Part shown: positions 37,315-45,994 of the stretch, piece by piece
How positions within the stretch are numbered: the stretch's first letter is position 1
Layout: each line of letters begins with the position of its first letter
DNA from: Sphingobacteriaceae bacterium
GTDB taxonomy: Bacteria; Bacteroidota; Bacteroidia; UBA7662
Assembly (NCBI GenBank): GCA_013824115.1
Contig: PNNG01000027.1
Location: forward strand, 20,425-84,424
DNA: 64,000 nucleotides
Direction: 5' to 3'
Translations under genes and position numbers: made by a program
The notes under the pieces: model-generated
The model's database searches: none
What the model was told of the DNA's origin: nothing
The model's input: only the letters and a program-made list of their open reading frames with translations

Positions 37315-38619
37315 TTAAGGCTGGCGTGGAATGATTTGCTCGTAAAGCAACTGCCCATTGCTGTCGTTGAATTGCAGTACCAATTCACGGGTTTTACGGT
37401 CGCCCCGTACATCCAAGGTGGCAAAGCCCCGCTTTAATTGTAGGCTTCCTTCAACGCGGTTTCGGTTTTTTTCATTGTCGCGGCTGTTGCCTACCTTGCT
37501 GCTGAGGGGTGAGGCGGTGATGTCGTACATGACAATGCCGTTTTTTTCGAGCTTACTTAGTTCGCTGTGGTGGCGGTCGCCCGTGACAAAAACTACGTTT
37601 TTAATGCCTTCGCGGGAAATGGCTTCCAACAAGCGCTCTCTTTCGCAAGGATATTGGGCGTAGTTCTCGTACAAAGCTTCACTGTTCAGCACCTGACTGC
37701 CAATGGCCACCACCTTAAAACTGGCATTACTGCCTTTGAGGGCGTCGATGAGCCATTTTACTTGGGCTTCCCCCAACATTTCGCGGCTGCATGAATCTTT
37801 CAGACGCTCGCTGCTGCGGTGGTATCGGTTGTCGAGCAAGAAAAAGCCAATGTCGTTGAACTGAAAAGCGGTGGTGATGCCTGGCACTCCGGCTGCTCCC
37901 TGGCCATTGTTCATCCAAAAAAGTTGGAAGGCTTCAAGGCTCAGATCCTTGTGTGCCCAGGAACCGGTGGCGTCGTTGGGACCAAAATCGTGGTCGTCCC
38001 AAATGGCGTATTGCGGACAAGTGGCCAGCAGTTTTTGCAAATAAGGCTGCTTGCGCATATGGCTGTAGCGGTACAAAATGCCCGAGCGGCTACTCCAGTC
38101 GGCTTCACGCAGATAAATATTGTCGCCCAGCCACAGCATCATATCCGGTTTTTTCGCAGCGATGTTGTCGAAAACCTGAAAATCGCCGCCATAAGATTCC
38201 CCCGGACGATCGTAAGCCGAATCGCTGCTATAATGGCAGCTGCCCAAGGCAATGCGGAAGGCGGGCGGTTCTTCGCGCCATTGCCACAGTTTTTGGGTTT
38301 TGAAAGTAAAAGTTTGAGCACCAAATTGTTTGGCATTGGCAAATACCTTGTATTCATAGGTGGTTCCGGGTTCTAATTGGCCCAATACAAAACGAGCGGT
38401 ATAGGCTGTTTCTCCTTTGGTGATGGTGGATCCTGCATTGAGCCATTTCTGCGTGCCTGCCTGACGAAACTCCACATGTACCAAAGTCTGTTTTTGGGTT
38501 TGCATCCAAATGCCTACTTCACGCATTTCAGCATAACCCAACATGGGTCCAGCCACAATTTGAGCCAAAAGCGGTGCTACATGAAGCACCAATAAAAGTG
38601 AGAGAACCAACTTTTTCAT
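37315..38619 (-). CDS. PhoD-like alkaline phosphatase / calcineurin-type metallophosphoesterase, secreted
   Basis: Signal peptide. Metallophosphatase motifs WLGDNIY, WDDHDFGPND and VTGDRHH. Confidence 0.75.
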   Translation of the reverse strand: MKKLVLSLLLVLHVAPLLAQIVAGPMLGYAEMREVGIWMQTQKQTLVHVEFRQAGTQKWLNAGSTITKGETAYTARFVLGQLEPGTTYEYKVFANAKQFGAQTFTFKTQKLWQWREEPPAFRIALGSCHYSSDSAYDRPGESYGGDFQVFDNIAAKKPDMMLWLGDNIYLREADWSSRSGILYRYSHMRKQPYLQKLLATCPQYAIWDDHDFGPNDATGSWAHKDLSLEAFQLFWMNNGQGAAGVPGITTAFQFNDIGFFLLDNRYHRSSERLKDSCSREMLGEAQVKWLIDALKGSNASFKVVAIGSQVLNSEALYENYAQYPCERERLLEAISREGIKNVVFVTGDRHHSELSKLEKNGIVMYDITASPLSSKVGNSRDNEKNRNRVEGSLQLKRGFATLDVRGDRKTRELVLQFNDSNGQLLYEQIIPRQP

Positions 38620-38709
38620 GCTTGCAAAATACGGCAGTGTACTTTATGCAAGGGTTAATTCATCCCATTTTTTCCTACTTCACCTAAGCCCCTTTTTTAT
38701 CTTTGAGCC

Positions 38710-40395
38710 ATGAAGCAACTCGTTGAATGCGTGCCCAATTTTTCAGAAGGCCGCGATATGACCATCATCAAGCAGATTACCGATCAAATTGAAGCGGTAG
38801 AAGGTGTAAGGCTCTTGGACGTCGATCCGGGCAAAGCCACCAACCGCACGGTGGTAACTTTTGTGGGAGAGCCGGCTGCCGTGGTGGAAGCCGCTTTCAG
38901 GGCTATTGCCAAAGCAGGCGAACTCATCGACATGCGCAAGCACAGCGGTGAACATGCCCGCATGGGTGCCACCGATGTTTGTCCGCTTATTCCCGTGGCC
39001 AACATCAGCATGGAAGAAACAGTGACCTATGCACGCCAACTCGGCAAAAGAGTAGGTGAGGAGCTCGGTTTTCCTGTTTTCCTCTATGAAAGTGCAGCAA
39101 CCAAGCCCGATCGTCGCAACCTGGCTACCATCCGCGCTGGAGAGTACGAAGGGTTGCCCAAAAAACTGCAAGATTCAAACTGGCAGCCCGATTTTGGTGC
39201 TGCTACCTTTAACCCACAATCGGGTGCCACGGTCATCGGCGCGCGCGACTTCCTGGTGGCCTACAACATCAATCTCAACACCAAATCGACCCGCATTGCC
39301 AACGCCATCGCTTTTGATGTGCGCGAAGCGGGACGGGTGAAGCGCATCGGTCACCCTGTTTTGGGCGAAGTGGTGAACGATGAAAAGGGCGAGCCTGTTC
39401 GCATTCCGGGTACCCTCAAATCGGTAAAAGCGGTAGGCTGGTACATCGAAGAATACGGTTTTGCCCAAATTTCGATGAACCTCACCAACATCAACGTTAC
39501 CTCTGTTCACGCTGCTTTCGACGAAGTGGTGCGTGCTGCCCATGAGCGTGGTGTGCGGGTAACCGGTTCTGAATTGGTAGGTCTCATTCCGTTGCGCTGC
39601 ATGCTCGAAGCCGGTAGGCATTATCTGGCCAAAATGGGCCGCTCAGAAGGTGTTTCAGAAGCTGAAATCATTGAAACAGCGGTGCGCAGCATGGGCCTCA
39701 GCGAGCTCGGTCCGTTCGACCCAAAGAAAAAAATCATCGAATTCGTCATTGCCGATGCTGCCGACAGCCGCTTGGTGAGCATGGATTTGGTGGCTTTTGC
39801 CAACGAAACAGCCAGCGAATCGCCTGCACCGGGTGGTGGATCTATAGCGGCCTATGCCGGCGCGTTGGGTGCCAGTCTGGGTGCCATGGTAGCCAATTTG
39901 TCGGCCGGAAAACGCGGTTGGGAAGAGCAAACTGCCTATTTCAGCGAAGTGGCCGTGCGGTTACAAAGCATCAAAGATGGCTTGTTACGCTTGGTAGATG
40001 CCGACACCCGTGCCTTTGATGGCATCATGCAGGCATTTGGCTTGCCAAAGGGCACCGACGAGGAGAAAAAAGCACGTTCGGCTGCCATTCAGGCCGCCAC
40101 TAAAGTGGCCATAGACACCCCGCTCCAAACGATGCGCCTGGCCAACGAAAGTTTTGAGCCTTTGGCTGCTATGATAGAAAAAGGCAACCAAAACAGCATT
40201 ACCGATGCTGGTGTAGGTGTTTTATGTGCCAGAACCGCTGTTTACGCTGCCTGGTTGAACGTGAAGGTAAACCTGGGTGGACTTAAAGACGAGGTATACA
40301 AGAATGCTGCACTTGCCGAAGCCGATGCATTGTTGGCTCAAGCCTTAGAAAAGGAAAAAAGCCTCCTTGAAAAGGTGAATGCTGCCTTGAAGTAA
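38710..40395 (+). CDS. ftcD: Bifunctional glutamate formimidoyltransferase / formimidoyltetrahydrofolate cyclodeaminase
   Basis: N-terminal VECVPNFSEGRD... formiminotransferase domain plus a C-terminal helical cyclodeaminase domain. 561 aa. Confidence 0.9.
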   Translation: MKQLVECVPNFSEGRDMTIIKQITDQIEAVEGVRLLDVDPGKATNRTVVTFVGEPAAVVEAAFRAIAKAGELIDMRKHSGEHARMGATDVCPLIPVANISMEETVTYARQLGKRVGEELGFPVFLYESAATKPDRRNLATIRAGEYEGLPKKLQDSNWQPDFGAATFNPQSGATVIGARDFLVAYNINLNTKSTRIANAIAFDVREAGRVKRIGHPVLGEVVNDEKGEPVRIPGTLKSVKAVGWYIEEYGFAQISMNLTNINVTSVHAAFDEVVRAAHERGVRVTGSELVGLIPLRCMLEAGRHYLAKMGRSEGVSEAEIIETAVRSMGLSELGPFDPKKKIIEFVIADAADSRLVSMDLVAFANETASESPAPGGGSIAAYAGALGASLGAMVANLSAGKRGWEEQTAYFSEVAVRLQSIKDGLLRLVDADTRAFDGIMQAFGLPKGTDEEKKARSAAIQAATKVAIDTPLQTMRLANESFEPLAAMIEKGNQNSITDAGVGVLCARTAVYAAWLNVKVNLGGLKDEVYKNAALAEADALLAQALEKEKSLLEKVNAALK

Positions 40396-40397
40396 GT

Positions 40398-42041
40398 TTA
40401 CTTCGCTTTTGGAATTTCCACCGCAGGAACTACAGTACTGGTTTCTTCGGTGGATTTTTTTTGCGGATACAATTCGGCATACCAGCCTTGTTCGGGACTG
40501 CAGCTTAAAGCTTCGGCCATTCGAAATTGCACTTGCGTTAAACGTTCTCCCTGCCAATTGAAACCCTTTAGGCGAAAAGTAACCGGATCGACCTTGTCAA
40601 TAGGCGTCATCACGGCCACTGGCTTCACATAGAAGCGGATGTCAACAGGCCTGTTGTCTTCGAGCCAAATGGTGATGTTGGATGATTCAATTTTATTGGC
40701 ACCCATAAAGCCTTGTCCAGGCTCGTCCTCCACGTAATAAATACTCTCGCCGTTACCCTTCACGTCCATGCGGCTGATTTGCTGTCCGCTGAAATAAGCA
40801 GTTACGTCTTTGCCTTTGATTTGACTGTAGTGTAGGCTATCTTCTTGTTTTACCATAAACGATTCGCGGTACATTTCCATGCGGTCGAAGGCTTTGCCTT
40901 TGGTATAAATCTCTTTGAATTCGGAGGTGATTTGAAATCCGCCCGACCAAATGATAGGCAGTGTAAACAAACGAAACATCGAATCGGCTTCTACATAGGA
41001 AAGCGAATCGCAATGCACCAGCAAATCGGCTTGTTGAATCACCGGCAAATGCCAGGCACGCATCACGCTTTTTTCGTTTTTGTCTTTGTATTGGTAGATG
41101 GTATCGGCAGTTAAATACAAGGTGTCTTTTTCGCCGAAATTGATGAGCAGGGGGTATTCGTACACCAAATTCCAGCCGGCTTTGCGATTGAATCGACTGT
41201 AGCCGCCCCTGATTTCCGATTTTTCAACCGTATCAATCAATTGAACATTGCCGCGGCAATAACCCAGTTCTTTGCTCTCATCAAAATAGATGGTATCGGC
41301 CTTGATGAATTGCTGGCTATCAACGGCTATGCGACCGTTTTTATTCAAATAGAACTCTTTGGTTTTACTCTTGTACCAGCCGCCTTCCGTGTAGGTTTTA
41401 CTTCTATCGGTTTTGATGTTGGTTGGGCCAACAAAGTCGGCGCGTTCGCTCAAGTTGTTGTATAAAAGGGTATCGGCGGTGAGCTTAAAATCGCGGTGGT
41501 CAAGGCTCACACGGGTGCGATAGTAAAACTGTTTTGTGTTGCTGTCGTAGGTGCCTCGCAAGCTTTTGAGGGTAGCTTCGGCATTGCGAGTGACGGCACC
41601 TTGTTGGTAACGGGCAATTTTCGATTGGGCATTATAGAAGAGTTCCTCGGTGGTGAGGTTCATTTCTCCGTCGGTGAGATAAACCTGCTGGCGCAAAACG
41701 GCGTCTTTGGTACTGCCGTTGTATTCGAGGTAGCGGCAAGTTCCATTCAGTTTTCCTTCTTGCACAATGCGCACATTGCCATAGGCTTTTGCCAATTTCG
41801 AATCGGCAAAGAGCAAAGCACTGTCGCAATAAAGCAGTACATCTTGCTGTTTCAAAATCACATTGCCGGTGAGGCGGCGTACCCTTTCGCCTCCCAAGTC
41901 TTCGAAGGTAAACTCACGTGCTTGCTCTATATCAATGGTATTTTTGACCGCTTGTTGGGCAAATGATTGTTTAGCTACTCCAAGTTGAGCAGCCAAGGTC
42001 AGAAGCAAAAGGTAAGGTGTGAAATTCATGCGGAAGCCCAA
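40398..42041 (-). CDS. Secreted OstA-like (LptD N-terminal-like) domain protein
   Basis: Signal peptide. N-terminal region resembles the OstA-like beta-jellyroll (…GNVILKQQDVLLYCDSALLFADSKLAKAYGNVRIVQ…). Confidence 0.5.
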   Translation of the reverse strand: MGFRMNFTPYLLLLTLAAQLGVAKQSFAQQAVKNTIDIEQAREFTFEDLGGERVRRLTGNVILKQQDVLLYCDSALLFADSKLAKAYGNVRIVQEGKLNGTCRYLEYNGSTKDAVLRQQVYLTDGEMNLTTEELFYNAQSKIARYQQGAVTRNAEATLKSLRGTYDSNTKQFYYRTRVSLDHRDFKLTADTLLYNNLSERADFVGPTNIKTDRSKTYTEGGWYKSKTKEFYLNKNGRIAVDSQQFIKADTIYFDESKELGYCRGNVQLIDTVEKSEIRGGYSRFNRKAGWNLVYEYPLLINFGEKDTLYLTADTIYQYKDKNEKSVMRAWHLPVIQQADLLVHCDSLSYVEADSMFRLFTLPIIWSGGFQITSEFKEIYTKGKAFDRMEMYRESFMVKQEDSLHYSQIKGKDVTAYFSGQQISRMDVKGNGESIYYVEDEPGQGFMGANKIESSNITIWLEDNRPVDIRFYVKPVAVMTPIDKVDPVTFRLKGFNWQGERLTQVQFRMAEALSCSPEQGWYAELYPQKKSTEETSTVVPAVEIPKAK

Positions 42042-42120
42042 AAATAGGCTTTATGCGGTTTACCTCGGCTAGAACGTATGCCAAGCTGCTTAATTATTGA
42101 GGTTTAGCGTTTTCATTTTT

Positions 42121-42158
42121 TGCGCATAAAAAAAGCCGATTGAATATTCAATCGGCTT
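42121..42158 (-). terminator. Rho-independent terminator immediately 3' of tRNA-His
   Basis: Perfect palindrome AGCCGATTGAA-TAT-TCAATCGGCT followed on the minus strand by TTTTTTTATG. Confidence 0.6.
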
Positions 42159-42159
42159 G

Positions 42160-42234
42160 GGTGAAAGACCGGGTTCGAACCGGCGACCTCTAGTGCCACA
42201 AACTAGCGCTCTAACCAGCTGAGCTACATCCACC
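42160..42234 (-). tRNA. tRNA-His (anticodon GTG) with encoded G-1
   Basis: Minus-strand sequence folds as a cloverleaf: acceptor GTGGATG, D-arm GCTC-AGCTGGTTA-GAGC, anticodon arm CTAGT-TTGTGGC-ACTAG (GUG), T-arm GCCGG-TTCGAAC-CCGGT. An extra 5' G pairs with discriminator C73. CCA is not encoded. Confidence 0.85.
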
Positions 42235-42343
42235 ATCTCATTGCAGTTTTAGCTGCAATTGGACTGCAAATATAGACTTCTACTGATTTTGCTGCAAGTT
42301 CTAATGAAAAAAAGCTATCAATAATTTCTACCTCTCTTTTTTG

Positions 42344-42712
42344 CTACGCTGCCTTGGCAAGCGTATTTTGTAGCAGGATGATGTGATTTTCGAACATCCG
42401 AAACCCGATTTCGTAGCAGAAATATTGAGGTTTTCCTTCGGCATCGAGATTGACTTTGGTATGGTATCCGGGCAAAAAACCTTCTTCCAAGAGAGGCTCT
42501 AAAGGTATGGGGGCACCTTCTGGGTGATTCAGCGCCGCCTTTTCAAGTATGCGTCGATTTTTACGCAGAATGTGGTGCACTTGCCGCATCATCATCGTGG
42601 TGTTCAGATGGAGCTGGTTGTTGTAGTTGTTTCTGCAGTGATCATCGCAGAATTTTTTGTCACGACGGCCTTTGATGGGGCTGCCGCATTGCATACAGCA
42701 TTTGTTTTCCAT
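42344..42712 (-). CDS. Hypothetical Cys4 zinc-ribbon protein
   Basis: CMQCGSPIKGRRDKKFCDDHCR is a C-x2-C...C-x3-C motif; basic residues. 122 aa. Confidence 0.45.
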   Translation of the reverse strand: MENKCCMQCGSPIKGRRDKKFCDDHCRNNYNNQLHLNTTMMMRQVHHILRKNRRILEKAALNHPEGAPIPLEPLLEEGFLPGYHTKVNLDAEGKPQYFCYEIGFRMFENHIILLQNTLAKAA

Positions 42713-42720
42713 AGCTATCC

Positions 42721-42760
42721 GTTTTTAAGCGTTTACAAACGTTTACAAGCGTTTAAATTA
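42721..42760. promoter_or_regulatory. Four tandem ~10-bp GTTTnnAAnC-like direct repeats in the divergent promoter region between the Zn-ribbon gene and ssb
   Basis: GTTTTTAAGC / GTTTACAAAC / GTTTACAAGC / GTTTAAATTA at 10-bp periodicity. Confidence 0.3.
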
Positions 42761-42841
42761 CGACTAGCTATTTTTTCATTTGCAGCTTTGTTTTATGAAA
42801 ACAACACGTTTGTTTCTTTTTTAAACCAAAATTGTACAGCT

Positions 42842-43192
42842 ATGGCAAACATGCGCAATCAGGTGCGCCTCATTGGCCACCTCGGTAAGGACCCTGAAGT
42901 CAGGGAAACTACCACCGGAAAAAAGTTGGCTCGGTTCAGTGTAGCCACCAACGAAACTTACATCAACGACAAGGGTGAGCGCGTTAGCGAAACCCAATGG
43001 CACAACATCATCTGCTGGGGAAAGACGGCCAGTTTGGCAGAAAAAGTGCTTTCAAAAGGATCGGAAGTGGCGCTTGAAGGCAAAATTTCTACCAAACAGT
43101 ACACCGATAAGGAAGGCAATCGGAAAACAACGACCGAAATTGTAGCCAGCGATTTTGTGACCCTTGGCGGCAAAAAAAGTGCTGCAGCTTAA
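42842..43192 (+). CDS. ssb: Single-stranded DNA-binding protein (short form lacking an acidic C-terminal tail)
   Basis: OB-fold signature VRLIGHLGKDPEVRETTTGKKLARFSVATNETY...WHNIICWGKTA. 116 aa. Confidence 0.9.
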   Translation: MANMRNQVRLIGHLGKDPEVRETTTGKKLARFSVATNETYINDKGERVSETQWHNIICWGKTASLAEKVLSKGSEVALEGKISTKQYTDKEGNRKTTTEIVASDFVTLGGKKSAAA

Positions 43193-43197
43193 ATCGA

Positions 43198-43235
43198 AAC
43201 AGCCGCTCTGAGTAGTTCAGAGCGGCTGTTGTCTT
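43198..43235. terminator. Bidirectional Rho-independent terminator between ssb (+) and the convergent T9SS cargo gene (-)
   Basis: Perfect 13-bp stem ACAGCCGCTCTGA-GTAGT-TCAGAGCGGCTGT followed by a T-rich tract. Confidence 0.65.
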
Positions 43236-43249
43236 TGTCTGTATTTCCG

Positions 43250-45280
43250 TTATTTGACGATGGCGAATTTCCCGGTTTGTACTTCATTGGTTTTCAGATC
43301 TTTCACTGAAAACAGGTACAAACCACTGGCAATACTCTGCTTGTCTTCAGAGAGCACATCCCAGGCATGTTCTCCTCCTGCCATGAATGTTCGGCTAGGG
43401 TCACCACCAAAATTGCTAAACCAACCCGCACTGCTGCCGTTAAAATTACTGCCAGCATCGTGATATAGCGTGGCAATGGCATCACCACTTATGGTGTAAA
43501 TCCTGATCTCCGCTCTTTGAGGAAGATTATAGAATACTATTTTTTTGGAACGCGAAGTAGTTCCATCCCAAGCCGCTGAAAGGCGGTATGGATTGGGATA
43601 AACGCCAACTTGGCGATTTTCACTCATCTCCCCAGCAGGGGTGCCTGCAAATACGCGGAAGGCATTTTGAATGCGAGACGATTCTAGTGATTCCAATCCA
43701 ATTGCCGGATCACCTTCATCGAAGGCAGTAAGGATGTACATATATTGCCAACCATTAAGCACGTCTTCTACTTCATACTTATACCAGTACTCTACTGTAT
43801 CGCCTTCAAAGCGAACAGGGGTGTTTAATCTGATGGCATCGAAGCCATTGTTGAAGCCTACGCCATTCCCTGCTTTGTCCCACTGTGCAAGCAACGAAGC
43901 ACGTCCCAATAAATTGGGAAGTTTGTCGTCTCCAGGCTTGGTGCGGTACATGCGATAACCTTCGAAATCTTGCACCTTGGTTATAGGGTCAATGGTTGTT
44001 TCTGTAAGTTTATCCCAATACACGGTTATTTTATTGCTATTCGCTTCAAAACGAGCTTTGGGTGGAGGTGGAGGCTCCGGCAAAATGTAACGGTCGAGAC
44101 GAGCATTGCCGTTCAAATCTTCACCCGCATCTAATTGCCCATTTTCATTTGCATCTTCCCCAACAAAGGTGCGTTTCGACCAGCCCAAATGGCTGCGCAG
44201 TTGTGTACGAGCAAACCACGTGTCTAAAGGCGTATCGTCGAGTTGAGGTGCACAAACTGCTGCAATTACAAAAGTGATAGATTCACCGGGTTCTAGGCGT
44301 GCCATGGGACCCGCTGCCAGCAATTGAACCCTGTTTCCAGGAGTATTCAAATTGGCACTTGGTCCAAAATTCCCTTTGTTCTTCATTCTGTCGTAACGCT
44401 GCAAATCATTGGTGGGTGCTGCCACATTGTACAACCAATAATTCCCATTTACGCGTGCAAATGGGGTGTTTGGATTGTTTGGATGGATGTACTGATCGCG
44501 GTATATGATACCCAGGTATTGCAATGCCCCATAAGAGTTGGTGAAAGGCCGGTCGCCAATAACGTCGTACGCATACATGGCCTGCAGCGTATCATCGAAC
44601 CCCAAGCTGCCCTTATTAAAAAATGCAGCACCGCGATCATTGGTGGTTTTTACATTGCGCACTACCAAATCACTCCAGTGTCCCACGTATACCGAATCCC
44701 AGGGAGAGTCGCCGTTGTTAGTTATCGTATAATTGAATATGGTGAAGTAATCGGCGAAAGGGAAGTTCCAGGCATAAGATTCTAAGCGAACCCGTGCATT
44801 TAGTGGTAGCAGGTGGTTGGCAATGGGCTGGTTAGAACCAGGCACAATGGTAAACTCGTCGGTAAAATTGAGCACATACTCTTGGTGCGAGCGGGCAGCA
44901 GTTGAAAATACCGGACTGCCGGGTAAACTTGAACGTGTAATTACTGGAGAGCCAGGAAGGGGAGAAAATTCAAAGCCTGCCTTACCTACCGCGTACCCCG
45001 AGGCGTCGTCTACCGCTCCGGTAGAAACCGATATCTGTCCGTTTTTGATGGCGCCTATCCAAAGTCCAGCTTCAAAAAGGTGCTCCACGCCTGAACCGCG
45101 CGGATATTCCATAGAAGGCGGTCCCTGCGGGTCGTTACGTACGTTTGGCCTGCCAATGGTACCTACGTTGCTTACGTTTACACCAATATTACCAACGTTA
45201 ATGGTCTTTTCTTCGAACTGTCCGAAAGCCGTCATTGCCAAAAGCAACAGCGCCATGAATAAGGATAGAATACGTGACAT
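43250..45280 (-). CDS. Hypothetical T9SS-secreted protein (signal peptide plus C-terminal T9SS sorting domain)
   Basis: N-terminal MSRILSLFMALLLLAMTAFGQ. C-terminal ...VYPNPY...IRIYTISGDAIATL...GLYLFSVKDLKTNEVQTGKFAIVK. Confidence 0.7.
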   Translation of the reverse strand: MSRILSLFMALLLLAMTAFGQFEEKTINVGNIGVNVSNVGTIGRPNVRNDPQGPPSMEYPRGSGVEHLFEAGLWIGAIKNGQISVSTGAVDDASGYAVGKAGFEFSPLPGSPVITRSSLPGSPVFSTAARSHQEYVLNFTDEFTIVPGSNQPIANHLLPLNARVRLESYAWNFPFADYFTIFNYTITNNGDSPWDSVYVGHWSDLVVRNVKTTNDRGAAFFNKGSLGFDDTLQAMYAYDVIGDRPFTNSYGALQYLGIIYRDQYIHPNNPNTPFARVNGNYWLYNVAAPTNDLQRYDRMKNKGNFGPSANLNTPGNRVQLLAAGPMARLEPGESITFVIAAVCAPQLDDTPLDTWFARTQLRSHLGWSKRTFVGEDANENGQLDAGEDLNGNARLDRYILPEPPPPPKARFEANSNKITVYWDKLTETTIDPITKVQDFEGYRMYRTKPGDDKLPNLLGRASLLAQWDKAGNGVGFNNGFDAIRLNTPVRFEGDTVEYWYKYEVEDVLNGWQYMYILTAFDEGDPAIGLESLESSRIQNAFRVFAGTPAGEMSENRQVGVYPNPYRLSAAWDGTTSRSKKIVFYNLPQRAEIRIYTISGDAIATLYHDAGSNFNGSSAGWFSNFGGDPSRTFMAGGEHAWDVLSEDKQSIASGLYLFSVKDLKTNEVQTGKFAIVK

Positions 45281-45337
45281 AGGCCACGAAAATACGCAGA
45301 AGGCTTGAATTGGAGGTTAATTCAATACTAAATTTCC

Positions 45338-45994
45338 TTAGACAGCCTTATGGCGCATCACGGGGAGGCTGCTGATGGATGCCAAGTATTGTTTAGTGCC
45401 CTTTGGACCCTGGTTAAAGAGCAGGTCCATGGCCGATAAATCACTCAAAAAGCCATTTTTATCGGCAAAAACTTGGTAATAAGGTGGAAGCATTAATTTT
45501 TGAGGACCTCTCGCACTTCGCCAATCGGTATATGGAACCTCTTTCTCGTATTCAATCGTAGATTCGATAGGGATTTGAAATTGTATTTTAGACAACAACC
45601 AACCAAGCAGTTGTTCATTGAACATCCATAATGTATCGGGTGCTTCATCATAAATATGCTTCAACTCCGGGGCATAAAACTCAAAAAAGGCACTTTTACC
45701 ATAAGCACTCTCCATGGCATACCAGTGTTGCCTTTTCCATGGCAAGCGGTGATCGATACGTGTTTCGGCATAGGCTTGTTTATGCGACCGACCTCCGGCA
45801 ATGGGAATGGTTAGCAGCTGTAATCCATTAGCTGAAGCGATGAAACAACGGTTTCGGTTCGAAGATTTGACAAAATGCTCACATTTCTCAAGCAAAAGGC
45901 GCTCGTGAATCGTTATTTTTGCCAGATGACTGACCGATAGCCAATAGGGCAATTCGGATAAAATTGTCTTCTCAAAAGAGTTGCTATGAACCAC
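45338..45994 (-). CDS. WbqC-like family protein (polysaccharide/LPS biosynthesis associated)
   Basis: About 210 aa. The N-terminal LPYW and C-terminal LSAMDLLFNQG blocks resemble the WbqC family. Confidence 0.5.
   Translation of the reverse strand: MVHSNSFEKTILSELPYWLSVSHLAKITIHERLLLEKCEHFVKSSNRNRCFIASANGLQLLTIPIAGGRSHKQAYAETRIDHRLPWKRQHWYAMESAYGKSAFFEFYAPELKHIYDEAPDTLWMFNEQLLGWLLSKIQFQIPIESTIEYEKEVPYTDWRSARGPQKLMLPPYYQVFADKNGFLSDLSAMDLLFNQGPKGTKQYLASISSLPVMRHKAV

Noticed and set aside
37358-38376. + strand ORFs (101, 75, 185 and 116 aa) inside the PhoD-like phosphatase gene
   Set aside because: Antisense to a 434-aa ORF with clear metallophosphoesterase motifs and a signal peptide
42160-42240. 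Attempt to read the tRNA on the + strand
   Set aside because: The D-loop (AGCTGGTTA) and anticodon arm fold correctly only on the minus strand. The + strand reading gives no cloverleaf
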